Positions 38,776 to 49,458 of a stretch of 64,000 bases of DNA are shown here, piece by piece (position 1 is the first letter of the stretch; every line of letters starts with the position of its first letter). Source of the DNA: Bdellovibrionota bacterium (GTDB lineage: Bacteria > Bdellovibrionota_C > UBA2361 > OMII01); the NCBI GenBank assembly GCA_044345405.1, contig JBIJBE010000002.1, positions 96,001-160,000 of the forward strand, written 5' to 3'. Both the position numbers and the translations under genes were made by a program. The notes under the pieces are model-generated. The model did no database searches, was not told the DNA's origin, and saw only the letters and a program-made list of their open reading frames with translations.

Positions 38776-38790
38776 CCTGACAACCCATCA

Positions 38791-39114
38791 CTACCGCTCC
38801 CGAAACCCACGACCATCAACGATAACAGCGGGCCCACCATACCCATCCCCACCAAGGGACTGCGGAGGTGGCTGCGTATTGACCGGCACAGGCCCCGCGC
38901 TCGACCAGACGCGCATCTTCTGTCCGGTCTGCGTCACCACCTCCTCACCTGGAAGAACGGGAGGTAGCCTGTCATCGTCTTGTCGAGTGGTAGGCTTATC
39001 GTCGGCATCAGGAGCACTATCCCCACTATCACCCTGGTCAGCGAAAACGACACCAGTACCCGCGACAAACGCGAGCGCGACAGCGGAAAAGAATAAAACC
39101 GAACGCACCTTCAT
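38791..39114 (-). CDS. secreted hypothetical protein
   Basis: Signal peptide and GAGG RBS. Confidence 0.65.
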   Translation of the reverse strand: MKVRSVLFFSAVALAFVAGTGVVFADQGDSGDSAPDADDKPTTRQDDDRLPPVLPGEEVVTQTGQKMRVWSSAGPVPVNTQPPPQSLGGDGYGGPAVIVDGRGFRER

Positions 39115-39185
39115 GAAGTCCCCTCAAAACGGACGTTAAAACGATATGGTCAGTGTAACGCCTTGTACACTAAGATGCACCTGAA

Positions 39186-39833
39186 ATGACAAACGAAGGA
39201 AAAGTTACCGTTCTTCTCTCTGGCCGAGGATCTAACCTTAAGGCCCTGATTCAACAGCAGAGAGGATATCGGATCAGCCACGTCATCTCGGACAAAGCCG
39301 ACGCTGGCGGGCTGGCGATAGCTCGAGAGGTCGGTATTCCGACGACCGTTATTACGCGAGGGGAACACCCCTCACTCGCCGCGTTCAAGGCCGCCATCCT
39401 CGCCGCGGTAGAGGAAACCGAACCTTCCCTCGTCGCTCTCGCCGGTTTTATGGTTGTTGTTCATCCCGAATTTGTCACCCGATTCCATGGAAGGCTGATC
39501 AATATTCATCCATCGCTCCTTCCTAACTTCCCCGGACTCGATACCCACACAAGAGCGATAGAGGCGAACCACCGCGAACATGGATGTACCGTCCACTTTG
39601 TAGATACTGGTGTCGATACCGGTCCCTTCATCGCTCAAGCCAAGGTGCCGGTACTGGAGGGGGATACTGCGGAAACGCTCGCGGCGCGGGTGATTACCAA
39701 AGAGCATACGCTCTACCCGTGGATAGTGCGGAGCATTATCCAGGGATCGATACACCTGAACGATCGCGCGGTGCGGTACTCCGCCGAAATCATAGCGGAG
39801 GCGCGCGCCCTCGGGTACACAACTTTTCAATAG
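39186..39833 (+). CDS. purN: phosphoribosylglycinamide formyltransferase
   Basis: SGRGSNL, LAGFM, INIHPSLLP, GCTVHFV, DTGP. Confidence 0.95.
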   Translation: MTNEGKVTVLLSGRGSNLKALIQQQRGYRISHVISDKADAGGLAIAREVGIPTTVITRGEHPSLAAFKAAILAAVEETEPSLVALAGFMVVVHPEFVTRFHGRLINIHPSLLPNFPGLDTHTRAIEANHREHGCTVHFVDTGVDTGPFIAQAKVPVLEGDTAETLAARVITKEHTLYPWIVRSIIQGSIHLNDRAVRYSAEIIAEARALGYTTFQ

Positions 39834-39842
39834 AGAGGACTT

Positions 39843-40547
39843 ATGACTGAACGGAAAATTACCTACGCGGGCCACTCGGCGGTGTTTGTGCAACTTGGCG
39901 CTAAGGTCGTCGCGATTGATCCGTGGCTTCGCGGAAATCCGCTCTGCCCTCCCGACCTTCAAGCCCCCCCTAAGATAGATCTGATCGTGTTGTCACATGG
40001 ACACTCCGATCACGCGGGGGACGCGGTGCGCGTTCAGAAGGAGACGGGGGCGCTTCTCGCCGCGACCTACGAGCTCGCGATGATCATGATCGCCGAAGGG
40101 GTACCGAGCGATAAGGTGATTCCGATGAACAAGGGAGGCGCCGTGGATGTGGACGGGATCGAGGTTCGCCTCACCAACGCCTACCACTCAAGCTCCTACG
40201 ACACCAAGAGCGGCACTATCTACGCCGGAGAGGCGTGCGGCGTCCTCCTTTCGCATGCGGGAGTGACCGTCTTTCACGCGGGAGACACCTCGCTCTTTAC
40301 AGACCTGAAACTGATCGGCGAGCAGTTTCAGCCGGATGTCGCCTTCCTTCCCATCGGCGATCGGTTCACCATGGGACCATCGGAAGCGGCGCAAGCCGCG
40401 GCGTGGACAAAATGCAAGCTCGCGATACCGATTCACTACAAAACGTTTGAGCTCTTAACTGGCACGTACGATGAATTCGCCCGCGCGTGCGAAAAACTCG
40501 GCGTGGCGTCGAAGGAGCTGGAGCCGGGGCAGTCGATAAGTCTGTAA
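39843..40547 (+). CDS. UPF0173 metal-dependent hydrolase (MBL fold)
   Basis: GHS, IDPW, SHGHSDH, HSSS, HAGDT, LPIGDRFTMGP, PIHY. Confidence 0.9.
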   Translation: MTERKITYAGHSAVFVQLGAKVVAIDPWLRGNPLCPPDLQAPPKIDLIVLSHGHSDHAGDAVRVQKETGALLAATYELAMIMIAEGVPSDKVIPMNKGGAVDVDGIEVRLTNAYHSSSYDTKSGTIYAGEACGVLLSHAGVTVFHAGDTSLFTDLKLIGEQFQPDVAFLPIGDRFTMGPSEAAQAAAWTKCKLAIPIHYKTFELLTGTYDEFARACEKLGVASKELEPGQSISL

Positions 40548-40577
40548 CGCGTTCATCACACGCTTTGAGCACCGGGC

Positions 40578-40616
40578 AACGTCGACGTAAGACGTGAGAC
40601 GAACATCGTCGACGGG
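40578..40616. repeat. short ACGT-type run between convergent genes
   Basis: aacgtcgacgtaagacgtgagacg, same style as 38445-38775. Confidence 0.45.
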
Positions 40617-40731
40617 TTTCGTTATACGCTTGCCGTCGACGGAATTCGTCACCGCCTACGAAGTGCGCGTTTCCACTCACGCACTTCCCGCTGGAGTGGG
40701 ATCACACATCCCACTCCAGCGGTTCGTCACT

Positions 40732-40935
40732 TCACTTTTGCGCCGGCACGGGCGGAACTGGCTGACCCTGCTCAACAGGGGCCCGCTCCGCTGGTCGTGG
40801 AGTAATTGGTTGTGGCTCCCGACCACGAGCGATAAAGTAAATCAACGCTATCACCGCGAGGAGCGCAAGCACCCCGACGACGTTCGAAAGGTTGGAACGC
40901 TCTACGGTCGTTCCTGCTGGTGTTACGGTTGCCAT
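40732..40935 (-). CDS. small single-TM hypothetical protein
   Basis: GGAGG RBS, one TM and a Pro-rich tail. Confidence 0.65.
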   Translation of the reverse strand: MATVTPAGTTVERSNLSNVVGVLALLAVIALIYFIARGREPQPITPRPAERAPVEQGQPVPPVPAQK

Positions 40936-41024
40936 ATAGCCTCCATCAAGCTTTTCAAGAAGCGTACGGAGGAACAGGAAGCACTCCTATGACGTGCCCC
41001 AGGGGATAACAAACGGCATCACAT

Positions 41025-41993
41025 CTACTTCTTAGCCGAGTAATCGCTTACCGCGCTCGAAATGGCGGCGACCACATCTGGGGTGAGCTTCACCGTGGCG
41101 GCCGCTAGGTTTTCCTGTAACTGATCAAGCTTACTCGCTCCAAGAATCACCGTACTTACATTTTGATTTCGCAAAATCCACGCGATGGAGAGCTGCGACA
41201 AAGAACACCCAACCTCATCCGCGACCGTTCGCAACCGAGCAACGATCTCCCGCTCACGATCGTTCCATCGCTCACGGAGCCAGGCGTATCCCGGAAGGGA
41301 GGCTCTACTATCGGAAGGTTCGCCGGAGCTGTATTTCCCAGATAGGAGCCCCGATCGAAGCGGGCCCCACGTCGTGAGACCCAAACCGATCTCATCATAG
41401 AGACCGGCATACTCCTTCTCGACCCGTTCATGGACGAGCACGTTATATTGCGGCTGCTCCATCTGAGGGCGGTGAAGATCTCTGCGGTCGGCTATCTGCC
41501 ACGCCTCCAGGATCTGCTCAGCGCTCCACTCAGAGGTTCCCCAATAGAGCGCCTTTCCCTGCGAGATGATATCACTCATCGCTCGAACGACCTCTTCCAT
41601 CGGCGTGTACGGATCGGGTCGGTGACAGAAGATGAGATCAACGTACTCAAGTTGCAACCGAGTAAGGGAGCCATCGATCGCTTGCATCAGGTACTTTCGA
41701 TTGAGGGTGTCTTTTTCGTTAGGCCCATCATGAAGCCCCCAGAAAAACTTCGTTGAGATCACGTACGAGGAGCGTCGCCAGCCCAACTTCTTGAGGGCGC
41801 GGCCCATCATAATCTCGGAATCCCCTCCCGCGTACACCTCCGCGTTATCGAAGAAGTTAACCCCACCTTCATAGGCGTGGCGCATCAGCTCGACAGCGTG
41901 CGATTCATCGAGCTGCCCCTTAAAGGTCACCCACGATCCGAACGAGAGCTCACTCACCTTCAATCCAGCCGAACCTAACCGTCGATATTCCAT
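41025..41993 (-). CDS. aldo/keto reductase (Kv-beta-like subfamily)
   Basis: [52 protein letters not shown]; start at 41993. Confidence 0.92.
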   Translation of the reverse strand: MEYRRLGSAGLKVSELSFGSWVTFKGQLDESHAVELMRHAYEGGVNFFDNAEVYAGGDSEIMMGRALKKLGWRRSSYVISTKFFWGLHDGPNEKDTLNRKYLMQAIDGSLTRLQLEYVDLIFCHRPDPYTPMEEVVRAMSDIISQGKALYWGTSEWSAEQILEAWQIADRRDLHRPQMEQPQYNVLVHERVEKEYAGLYDEIGLGLTTWGPLRSGLLSGKYSSGEPSDSRASLPGYAWLRERWNDREREIVARLRTVADEVGCSLSQLSIAWILRNQNVSTVILGASKLDQLQENLAAATVKLTPDVVAAISSAVSDYSAKK

Positions 41994-42142
41994 AGGTATC
42001 TCCCCGTGCCACCGATAGTGCAGGACCACCAGCCGGTTAGCCAGCCCAGATCCACCAGACCTTCCCCGTAGAGCACACCATCTACGTGTAACCCATAACA
42101 CTCTCGGGGAAGCTCGCACATAGTACGAACAGGGGAGGTCTC

Positions 42143-42508
42143 ATGTCGCGCACCATAGTATCTAAACATGCACATCCATCGGGAGAAGCGGACCTCTCCA
42201 AAGAGGACCTTGGCCAACGACCAAATCCTGAGCAATCAAGAAGGGCATTTTACGCCGATTACCGCGAAGCGGTGAAGGAACTCCGAGCCGGCAAACCGGG
42301 GCGATTTATCGCCTATCAATCGGACCCTCGCATCAATCCTGGTCGTGAAAAGGCAACCCCCTCGAAGGGACCGGAATCCCCGCAAACCGCCGTCGATATC
42401 ATAAACGCGGAGCGAATCAACCTCGCCACGGATACCAAAGTATCCGTCATCTCACTCATGGCATCGATTAGGTCCCTCACGATGACCCTTAGCACTTTTT
42501 TCAAGTAA
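42143..42508 (+). CDS. hypothetical protein
   Basis: GGAGG RBS before ATG; no family recognised. Confidence 0.55.
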   Translation: MSRTIVSKHAHPSGEADLSKEDLGQRPNPEQSRRAFYADYREAVKELRAGKPGRFIAYQSDPRINPGREKATPSKGPESPQTAVDIINAERINLATDTKVSVISLMASIRSLTMTLSTFFK

Positions 42509-42571
42509 TGGCTTCTGGCCTTTCCTGCGGACGTACTATACGCTTTCGTACGAAACGACCTGAGCACGGTT

Positions 42572-43687
42572 ATGCGACCGATTATCACCCTCTTCGCCAT
42601 CATCAGTACCCTACTCACTTCACTAGCGACCACCACATCAGCGTGCGCCCAACCTCTCATGCGGTTATCGCGTGATATCAAACTCACGGGCAGGTCATCA
42701 CTGCCTGGCATCTTGGCGGTAACCATCGTTCGGAATACCGACCACGAGATCCGGTATATTGATCTTGAACAGCGCCGGGTGCTCGAATTCCCTGCACCCG
42801 TTTCAGATGTTGGATTTCCCGCATTCTCTCCAGACGGAAACGCCCTCACCTTCGTTGGAAAGACCCGGAAAGGAAACGAGATATTTACCTCCACATGGAG
42901 CGGAGCGGATGTTCGTCGCGTCACGTTCAACACGGTCAACGACGGTAATCCCTCCTTTTCCGTTGAGGGAGACTCGGTGATACACTTCTCCGAAGGGCGG
43001 CGCTATAAGAGCGAGATATTTTCGACCCTTCGAGACGCTCCCTATACTCGTGAGCAACTCACCTCCGTTGGGGGTGGAAACACAACGCCGAGTGAGAGCC
43101 CTGATAATCGATACCTTCTCTACACAACCGATAGATACGCCCCGGCGTGGAACATCTGCCTTATCGATCAAGCCACCAAGCGAGAGGTGTGTCCGCTCAA
43201 GGGAGGCAACACCTCCACCTGCAGAGCTCACTGGTCACCAGATGGAGCTCGGTTCGTGTACACCCGAGAGCGGGGCAGCTCAGTCGATCTGTATATCTAC
43301 ACCGTCGCGACCGGAAACTCAGAGAAACTCACCAAACTTCCCCACAAAGAATACGACGCGGTGTGGTCACCCGACGGCAACTACATCGCGTTCGCTCACG
43401 ATCCGACGGGAACTCAGACCTACGAGGTAAAGGTGGTGCGCATGAGCGACAGAGCTATCATTCCGGTGGCAAAAGCATCATCCGCTTCTCTGAGGCACCT
43501 GTCGTGGGGGGAGACTCATCCGTACACAATCGCAAGGGACCTGTGTCCGAGCGATCCCAGCAAAACGAAACCTGGAAGCTGTGGGTGCGGTCAGATCGAT
43601 AGAGACACCGATAACGATACGGTGCCCGACTGTATCGACGGATGCCCGCTCAATCCTCGAAAACATCAAAGCCCCTCGTGTTCCTAG
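42572..43687 (+). CDS. secreted TolB-like (PD40) beta-propeller protein with C-terminal Cys/Asp-rich repeat
   Basis: Signal peptide; PAFSPDG, WSPDG repeats; tail DLCPSDPSKTKPGSCGCG...DTDNDTVPDCIDGCP. Confidence 0.8.
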   Translation: MRPIITLFAIISTLLTSLATTTSACAQPLMRLSRDIKLTGRSSLPGILAVTIVRNTDHEIRYIDLEQRRVLEFPAPVSDVGFPAFSPDGNALTFVGKTRKGNEIFTSTWSGADVRRVTFNTVNDGNPSFSVEGDSVIHFSEGRRYKSEIFSTLRDAPYTREQLTSVGGGNTTPSESPDNRYLLYTTDRYAPAWNICLIDQATKREVCPLKGGNTSTCRAHWSPDGARFVYTRERGSSVDLYIYTVATGNSEKLTKLPHKEYDAVWSPDGNYIAFAHDPTGTQTYEVKVVRMSDRAIIPVAKASSASLRHLSWGETHPYTIARDLCPSDPSKTKPGSCGCGQIDRDTDNDTVPDCIDGCPLNPRKHQSPSCS

Positions 43688-43944
43688 GGTGAGGAGCGAT
43701 TTCGTATCCGGCTCGTGCGTCGCCGAATACCCCTACCCTCATCGTTTTCGATGTTTTCGTTATGAAATTCCACAAAGACGCGGCATCGGTTCTATGAACA
43801 AAGAGAGCCCTCTCATCAAACAAACGCCATAAACTCGGCAGCTTAGAGGCTTGCACCTGTCTACCATCACCCCCCACCGCGCTAACCTAATCTACACCTT
43901 GGCTCACACACCGTTTCGGGCAATGCTAGGTCAAAGATCCCACA

Positions 43945-44451
43945 GTGAGCAGTTCAAGCCGTTCTCCCCCCACGCCCACAGAGGCAGAAAAAAGGAGCCA
44001 TATGGTTAACGCAGCCCGTACCGGATCCCTACCATCCCTCTCCCCTGGCAACTCTGACCGGGTCTCTATCCTCATAGTCGATGACAACACGTGCGGTGCC
44101 CAAACGCTGAGCATGCTCCTCGATCTAGATGGGTATGAGGTGTCGATAGCGAACAGCGGCAAGGACGCCCTAGCGCGCTTTCCCGCGATCAAGCCATCGG
44201 TCATCCTTCTCGATATCGGCCTCCCAGACATGAGCGGCTACGATGTCGCGCGGGGAATCCGGGCGATGCCTGAGGGAGAGAAGGTAACGATCATGGCGGT
44301 GACGGGCTGGGGAAGCGAACGAGACCAAGCCCTCGCGCAAAGCGCGGGGTGCGATCTTCACATGACGAAGCCCGTCAACTTCGACCGCCTTGAGCGCCTC
44401 CTCAAGGGCGAAGAGGTCTTGGATGGCGTAACCAAACTATCGAGTAAGTAG
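43945..44451 (+). CDS. single-domain response regulator (receiver)
   Basis: [28 protein letters not shown]; start may be ATG 44002. Confidence 0.88.
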   Translation: MSSSSRSPPTPTEAEKRSHMVNAARTGSLPSLSPGNSDRVSILIVDDNTCGAQTLSMLLDLDGYEVSIANSGKDALARFPAIKPSVILLDIGLPDMSGYDVARGIRAMPEGEKVTIMAVTGWGSERDQALAQSAGCDLHMTKPVNFDRLERLLKGEEVLDGVTKLSSK

Positions 44452-44913
44452 GACCACCGCGGTCGCCACGATCCCCTCCTCCCGACCGACGAAACCGAGC
44501 TTCTCGGTCGTCGTAGCCTTTACCGCGAGTTGGGTAGGCGAGCACCGGAGAGCACCGCTTAAGCGCTCTAGCATAGAGTTCACGTGCGGTTTGAGTTTTG
44601 GAGCTTCCGCGAGAACAGAGATGTCGGCGTTCACGAGTCGCCACCCTTCCTGATGCGCGATAGCCCAGACCTTCTCTAAGAGTACGATACTGTCGGCATC
44701 CTTGAACGCTGCATCGGTATCGGGAAAGAGTGTGCCGATATCACGGCCCCCTATCGCGCCGAGAATGGCGTCCATCAAAGCATGGGTCAGCACATCGGCG
44801 TCCGAGTGACCGAGGAGACCCCTAACGTGGGGAATCTCGACTCCACCAAGCACACATCGTCGCCCCTCGGCGAAACGGTGCACATCAAAACCCTGACCAA
44901 TTCGCAGTTCCAT
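44437..44913 (-). CDS. ispF: 2-C-methyl-D-erythritol 2,4-cyclodiphosphate synthase
   Basis: [34 protein letters not shown]. Confidence 0.96.
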   Translation of the reverse strand: MELRIGQGFDVHRFAEGRRCVLGGVEIPHVRGLLGHSDADVLTHALMDAILGAIGGRDIGTLFPDTDAAFKDADSIVLLEKVWAIAHQEGWRLVNADISVLAEAPKLKPHVNSMLERLSGALRCSPTQLAVKATTTEKLGFVGREEGIVATAVVLLTR

Positions 44914-44918
44914 GTCGA

Positions 44919-45626
44919 TTATCCTAGTTGAGAGATACGAGTTGCTATCGTGAGGTCTCCGGGATGGGTCACCTTAATGTTGAGCCGATCCCCCTCGACC
45001 ACCCGAACATCACGAATACGAGCTACCACACTGGCGTCATCGAGCGCCACAAATCCATCGGTATGAGCGGCGAAATGGGCCCCGCGCAACTCTCCGAGAA
45101 GAAACCCTTGCGGTGTTTGAACCGCCCACACGTTCTCGCGATCTATGACGGACGAAACCGCGCCGTCCGAGACCTTACACAGCGAATCGGGGACCGGAAC
45201 AGCGGCCGTAACGGCGCCGAAACGAGCAACTCCTTCAACGACTCTTCGAACAACATCGACGGTAACACAACAGCGAGCCGCGTCATGAATGAGCACACAC
45301 TCACGCGCCTCATCACCCCCTTCAGCGCGCATCCGCTCCGCGAGCGCCTCAACGCCTAGCCGAACAGACTCCTGTCGCGTAGCCCCACCGTGCACAAGGA
45401 GCACCTTCTCCTCGCCTCCGACCTCTTGGGCGAAGTCAGCCTCCCAAGCTGGGGGAACGCACACAACGATCCGCGTACAGAGCGGGTCGTTGATGAAAAC
45501 ACAGAGCGTACGAGAGATGATAGACGAGGAAGAAGAGGAATCTGGGATCCTCAACAACACCTTCGGAACATCGGCTCCCATCCGGCTTCCACTACCGGCA
45601 GCGGGGATGATCACCGAGTACTTCAT
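44919..45626 (-). CDS. ispD: 2-C-methyl-D-erythritol 4-phosphate cytidylyltransferase
   Basis: [36 protein letters not shown]. Confidence 0.95.
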   Translation of the reverse strand: MKYSVIIPAAGSGSRMGADVPKVLLRIPDSSSSSSIISRTLCVFINDPLCTRIVVCVPPAWEADFAQEVGGEEKVLLVHGGATRQESVRLGVEALAERMRAEGGDEARECVLIHDAARCCVTVDVVRRVVEGVARFGAVTAAVPVPDSLCKVSDGAVSSVIDRENVWAVQTPQGFLLGELRGAHFAAHTDGFVALDDASVVARIRDVRVVEGDRLNIKVTHPGDLTIATRISQLG

Positions 45627-45629
45627 GAG

Positions 45630-46607
45630 TTACACAAAGAGGGACTTGAGCTCTACCGCTACCTTGTCGTGAGGTCGAGCCTTCGCGATAGCGATCTCGG
45701 ACACCAAGAGCGCCTCAGCCATATCGAGCATCTTTTTCTCACCGAACGAGAGCTCTTTGTCCGCGCTCAATACCGAGAGGTCGCGAAGAACGATCGCGAT
45801 CTCGAACACCGAACCGGTTTTGATCTTCTGTGAATACTCTCGGAACCGACGGTTCCAGGTCTGCGTATCGATCTTGAAGTTTCGATCCTTAAGGATGTCA
45901 TACACCGTGTCGATCGCTTTCTTGTCGATGATGCGACGAAGACCAACAGAGGCGGCTTGGCTCACGGGAACCATTACCTTCATCCCGCTATCGAGGATCT
46001 TGATGTTGTAAATGTGGTGCTCCTGACCACCAAGCACGTGAGTTCGAACACCCTCGATCTCACCAACGCCGTGTCCTGGGTAGACTATTTTGTCTCCCAT
46101 CTTAAAGTTAATAGCCTCAACCGGCTTCACCGTCTCAGCGAGCTTCTCAACGGGCTGCCGAACAGCAAGCACAGGCTTAGCCGCGACGGTCTTCTCAGCC
46201 ACCACGGAATCCGAACCAAAACGAGCGGTGATAACGTTACTAGACGAGGAAACACCTTCGGAACGGGTGATCTTAGAAACGGGCACCTTGCTCCCAGTCT
46301 TAGACACCAACTTCAACTTAGATCGCTGTGTTTTAAGCTTAACAACCTCAGCGCTCTTCACGAGGCTCGATTTCGAGATACGCTCAGCGAGCGACACCTT
46401 CTCAGCGGTAGCCGTTAGCTTCTCTTTCACACTTTTTTGGGATGAGGGTGAGACAACAGAAACACTCTTACGAACGGGCTTCTTTTGCAGCTTCCCGGCT
46501 TGAGAAGTCTTGGCGGCTTTTACACCGGAAGACTTGACCTTCAATGCTTGTGACTTAGGTCCAGTGTTCTTAGTTTTCAAAGTGTCTCCCCTCCCTTGGG
46601 ACGGCAT
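45630..46607 (-). CDS. carD: CarD/CdnL-family RNA polymerase-binding regulator with long basic N-terminal extension
   Basis: FKMGDKIVYPGHGVG, TWNRRFREY, LSFGEKKML; carD-ispD-ispF synteny; start uncertain. Confidence 0.88.
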   Translation of the reverse strand: MPSQGRGDTLKTKNTGPKSQALKVKSSGVKAAKTSQAGKLQKKPVRKSVSVVSPSSQKSVKEKLTATAEKVSLAERISKSSLVKSAEVVKLKTQRSKLKLVSKTGSKVPVSKITRSEGVSSSSNVITARFGSDSVVAEKTVAAKPVLAVRQPVEKLAETVKPVEAINFKMGDKIVYPGHGVGEIEGVRTHVLGGQEHHIYNIKILDSGMKVMVPVSQAASVGLRRIIDKKAIDTVYDILKDRNFKIDTQTWNRRFREYSQKIKTGSVFEIAIVLRDLSVLSADKELSFGEKKMLDMAEALLVSEIAIAKARPHDKVAVELKSLFV

Positions 46608-46934
46608 CTCGCTTCCACTCGATGCCTATTTCCAATTAACCGCTTGTGTGCGAGGTTCCAATTGGAACCGATGCGCGAAACCACAAACAGCACGTGTAGC
46701 GCTAACCCCTGTCCACTTCCTTACCACTCCACTTGTTGGGACACGTACCCTTGCGGGAGGCATCTCTAGGGGGATCTTTAAGGGAATCGAGGCGCTGTGT
46801 AAGCCGAGCTACAACAACGGGACAACCTCACCTAAAACCGCTTTCGCTTGCAGGAGTCTACCCTATGTGCCCCCTCTAGGTCAAACTTGGCCTCAGAGCC
46901 GCGACGTCATGAAAAGGTGAGTTTTTAGCGCTTT

Positions 46935-48020
46935 TTAGGCCACCTGGCGCCTCTCAAGCCACTCGGCGGCAGCTTCCTGAAGGCTTCGACACCCATGGGC
47001 ATCCATAAAGGAGATAAGCCCCTGGTTTATGGAAGTAACGATGCCCGGGCCCTCATAAACGAGCCCCGTATAGAGCTGTACCATCGAGGCCCCGGCGGCA
47101 AGCATCGCGAGCACATCATCGCTCGTACTGATACCACCCACCCCGATTAGAACCATCCGGCCGGCGATCTGCTGCCCGAGGAATCGCACTACATTAAGGC
47201 TCTTCTCTCTCAGCGGCGCACCAGAGAGCCCTCCACTCTCGTCGATACGAGACGAGAGCGAGTCACGACTAATCGTCGTGTTCGTCGCGATAATACCCGC
47301 GACCGAGCACTGAACACACACATCAACGACCTCCTCAAGGGCGCTCAACTCAAGATCGGGCGCCACCTTGACGAAGATCGGGCGGCGGTGAGTGTTCGCC
47401 GAGTTCAACGACTGAAGGAGCGCCGTCAAGCGGTCACGCTCTTGAAGCTGTCGCAACCCTTGAGTGTTGGGCGAAGATACGTTTACCGTCACATACTCGG
47501 CGAGCGGCGCCAATCGCTCGAAGGAGTAGCGATAATCGTCGATCGCTTGATCGAGCTCGACCACCTTCGATTTTCCGATATTAATTCCGATCGGGGGAAG
47601 CTCCTTAAATCTTCGCCGGACCGCTTTTAAGCGCTCTTGCGCGTGGTCCGCTCCCTCAGACGGAAAGCCCATCCGATTTATCAGCGCCTTCTCCTCCGGG
47701 ATGCGAAATATGCGTGGCTTTTGATTACCAGGCTGCGGCTGCCCCGTGATCGTACCTAACTCGAGATGACCGAAACCAAGCCCCGCGCACAAACCAACGA
47801 GCTCAACGTTTTTGTCGAGCCCCGCCGCCAGCCCAACAGGATTCGGGAAAGAGAGCCCCGCTACCGTAACGCGCAAACGCGGATCCATGACCCCGTAGCA
47901 ACGCGTTAACGCTCCACAGAGGATGGGATTGTTCGCGAATCGAGCCCCGAACCGCATGAGGTCGTGCGCTTTTTCCGGATCCATTGAAAAGAAGAGCGGT
48001 TTCAGAAGGGTCTTGTACAT
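46935..48020 (-). CDS. pyrD: quinone-dependent dihydroorotate dehydrogenase
   Basis: NPVGLAAGLDK, INRMGF, NVSSPNT, KVAPDL, ATNTT, GGLSG, QLYTG. Confidence 0.95.
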   Translation of the reverse strand: MYKTLLKPLFFSMDPEKAHDLMRFGARFANNPILCGALTRCYGVMDPRLRVTVAGLSFPNPVGLAAGLDKNVELVGLCAGLGFGHLELGTITGQPQPGNQKPRIFRIPEEKALINRMGFPSEGADHAQERLKAVRRRFKELPPIGINIGKSKVVELDQAIDDYRYSFERLAPLAEYVTVNVSSPNTQGLRQLQERDRLTALLQSLNSANTHRRPIFVKVAPDLELSALEEVVDVCVQCSVAGIIATNTTISRDSLSSRIDESGGLSGAPLREKSLNVVRFLGQQIAGRMVLIGVGGISTSDDVLAMLAAGASMVQLYTGLVYEGPGIVTSINQGLISFMDAHGCRSLQEAAAEWLERRQVA

Positions 48021-48044
48021 ACAATTCCTACTTTGCGGGGCGGC

Positions 48045-48548
48045 TCACGCGCGTTCCTCACGCTTCATCGTGAGAGCGTCCTCTCCGTTATCGGAATAGT
48101 AGTTTCTACGGAGTCCTACAACAGAAAACCCGCAGGACTCGTACAACTTTCGCGCCGGGATGTTACGAGCCCGAACATCGAGGGTAATGCTCACAACCCT
48201 CTCAACACTACATGCCCGCAGGAACTCATTCAGGAGAACCCTACCTCCACCCTTGCCCCGCCACTCAGGAGCGAGCCCAAGGGAGACGATATGAGCCTCG
48301 TCGCACACGACATGAGCGATCAGATACCCTACAAGCTCCTCGCCCGCGAAGAGCCCTCGCACGCGACTTGAGCGGCTTGAGAGCTCCTTCTCGAAGAGCT
48401 GAACCGACCACGATTTGGGATTCCAATTGGCGTCGATCTCCACCAATCGACCGAGCCACAAATGCGAAACCGGCGCCACATGGAAGTCCATGTCGGCGCC
48501 GGTTTCACCGTTAGCCTCGCCCGGTTTTTTTGATTCCGGGTTCGCCAT
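48045..48548 (-). CDS. rimI: ribosomal-protein-alanine N-acetyltransferase
   Basis: GNAT motifs WRGKGGG, LDVRARN, LYESCGF, RRNYY...EDA. Confidence 0.85.
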   Translation of the reverse strand: MANPESKKPGEANGETGADMDFHVAPVSHLWLGRLVEIDANWNPKSWSVQLFEKELSSRSSRVRGLFAGEELVGYLIAHVVCDEAHIVSLGLAPEWRGKGGGRVLLNEFLRACSVERVVSITLDVRARNIPARKLYESCGFSVVGLRRNYYSDNGEDALTMKREERA

Positions 48549-48558
48549 ACCGTTCCGA

Positions 48559-48909
48559 TTACAGAGCGGCCTTAGCCTTCTCAGCTACAACCGCGAAAGA
48601 AGCGGGGTCAGAGAAAGCGATCTCAGCGAGAACCTTACGGTCAAGCTGAATCTTCGCTTTTGCGAGTCCTTGAATGAACTTGCTGTAGGAGAGTCCGTTC
48701 AAGCGAGCTGCCGCGTTGATACGAACGATCCAGAGACCACGGAAATCACGCTTTTTAGCGCGACGATCGCGGTAGGAGAACTGAAGAGCCTTCTCTACAG
48801 CGCGCTTCGCAAGCTTGAAACATCCGTTACGACGTCCACGATATCCTTCCGCTAATTTGAGACGACGCTTGTGACGTGCACGTCCTGCGGTTCCTCGTTT
48901 AACTCTCAT
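48559..48909 (-). CDS. rplT: 50S ribosomal protein L20
   Basis: [26 protein letters not shown]. Confidence 0.97.
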   Translation of the reverse strand: MRVKRGTAGRARHKRRLKLAEGYRGRRNGCFKLAKRAVEKALQFSYRDRRAKKRDFRGLWIVRINAAARLNGLSYSKFIQGLAKAKIQLDRKVLAEIAFSDPASFAVVAEKAKAAL

Positions 48910-48933
48910 AGGTACCTCTTATCAAAAAATCAC

Positions 48934-49131
48934 TTATGCGTATGGAAGCATCCGCTTGATGTTGCGAGCGTCCTTCTGATCAACCAGTGCGTTCTTCACC
49001 AAGTTTCTGCGACGCTTCGGGCTCTTCTTAGCTGTATTGTGGCTGTGGTACGCCTTACCGCGCTTTACCTTCCCGTTCTTGTTAACGGAGAACTTCTTAC
49101 TAGCAGTTCTGTTTGTTTTTATCTTTGGCAT
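48934..49131 (-). CDS. rpmI: 50S ribosomal protein L35
   Basis: MPKIKT...KKSPKRRRNL...MLPY. Confidence 0.96.
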   Translation of the reverse strand: MPKIKTNRTASKKFSVNKNGKVKRGKAYHSHNTAKKSPKRRRNLVKNALVDQKDARNIKRMLPYA

Positions 49132-49329
49132 AAAGACCTTAACTACACCGACCCGTAACCAATACGGGCCCCATTACCTACACTTTCCCCGTCCCGATAT
49201 CAAGAGGGGCACCCCCCTAAGCCGGCACAATAATGCGTAATGGTGGCGAATTTCTCACGCACCAACCGCCCTCCCATAACGAGGAGAGCCTCCCACTTCT
49301 TTAGTAACAAAGGGGGCTTAGGACAACTA

Positions 49330-49406
49330 TGGTAGGCGCACACAGAGTCGAACTGTGGACCTCTTGCTTGTCGAGCAAGCGCTCTAACCAACTGAGCTAT
49401 GCGCCT
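49330..49406 (-). tRNA. tRNA-Val(GAC)
   Basis: AGGCGCATAGCTCAGTTGGTTAGAGCG-CTTGC-TCGACAA-GCAAG-AGGTCCACAGTTCGACTCTGTGTGCGCCTACCA. Confidence 0.93.
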
Positions 49407-49458
49407 ATAAGCAGGTGCGGAGTATAGTCTGAAGAGCCAGCTTGATTCAAGGCCTCAA

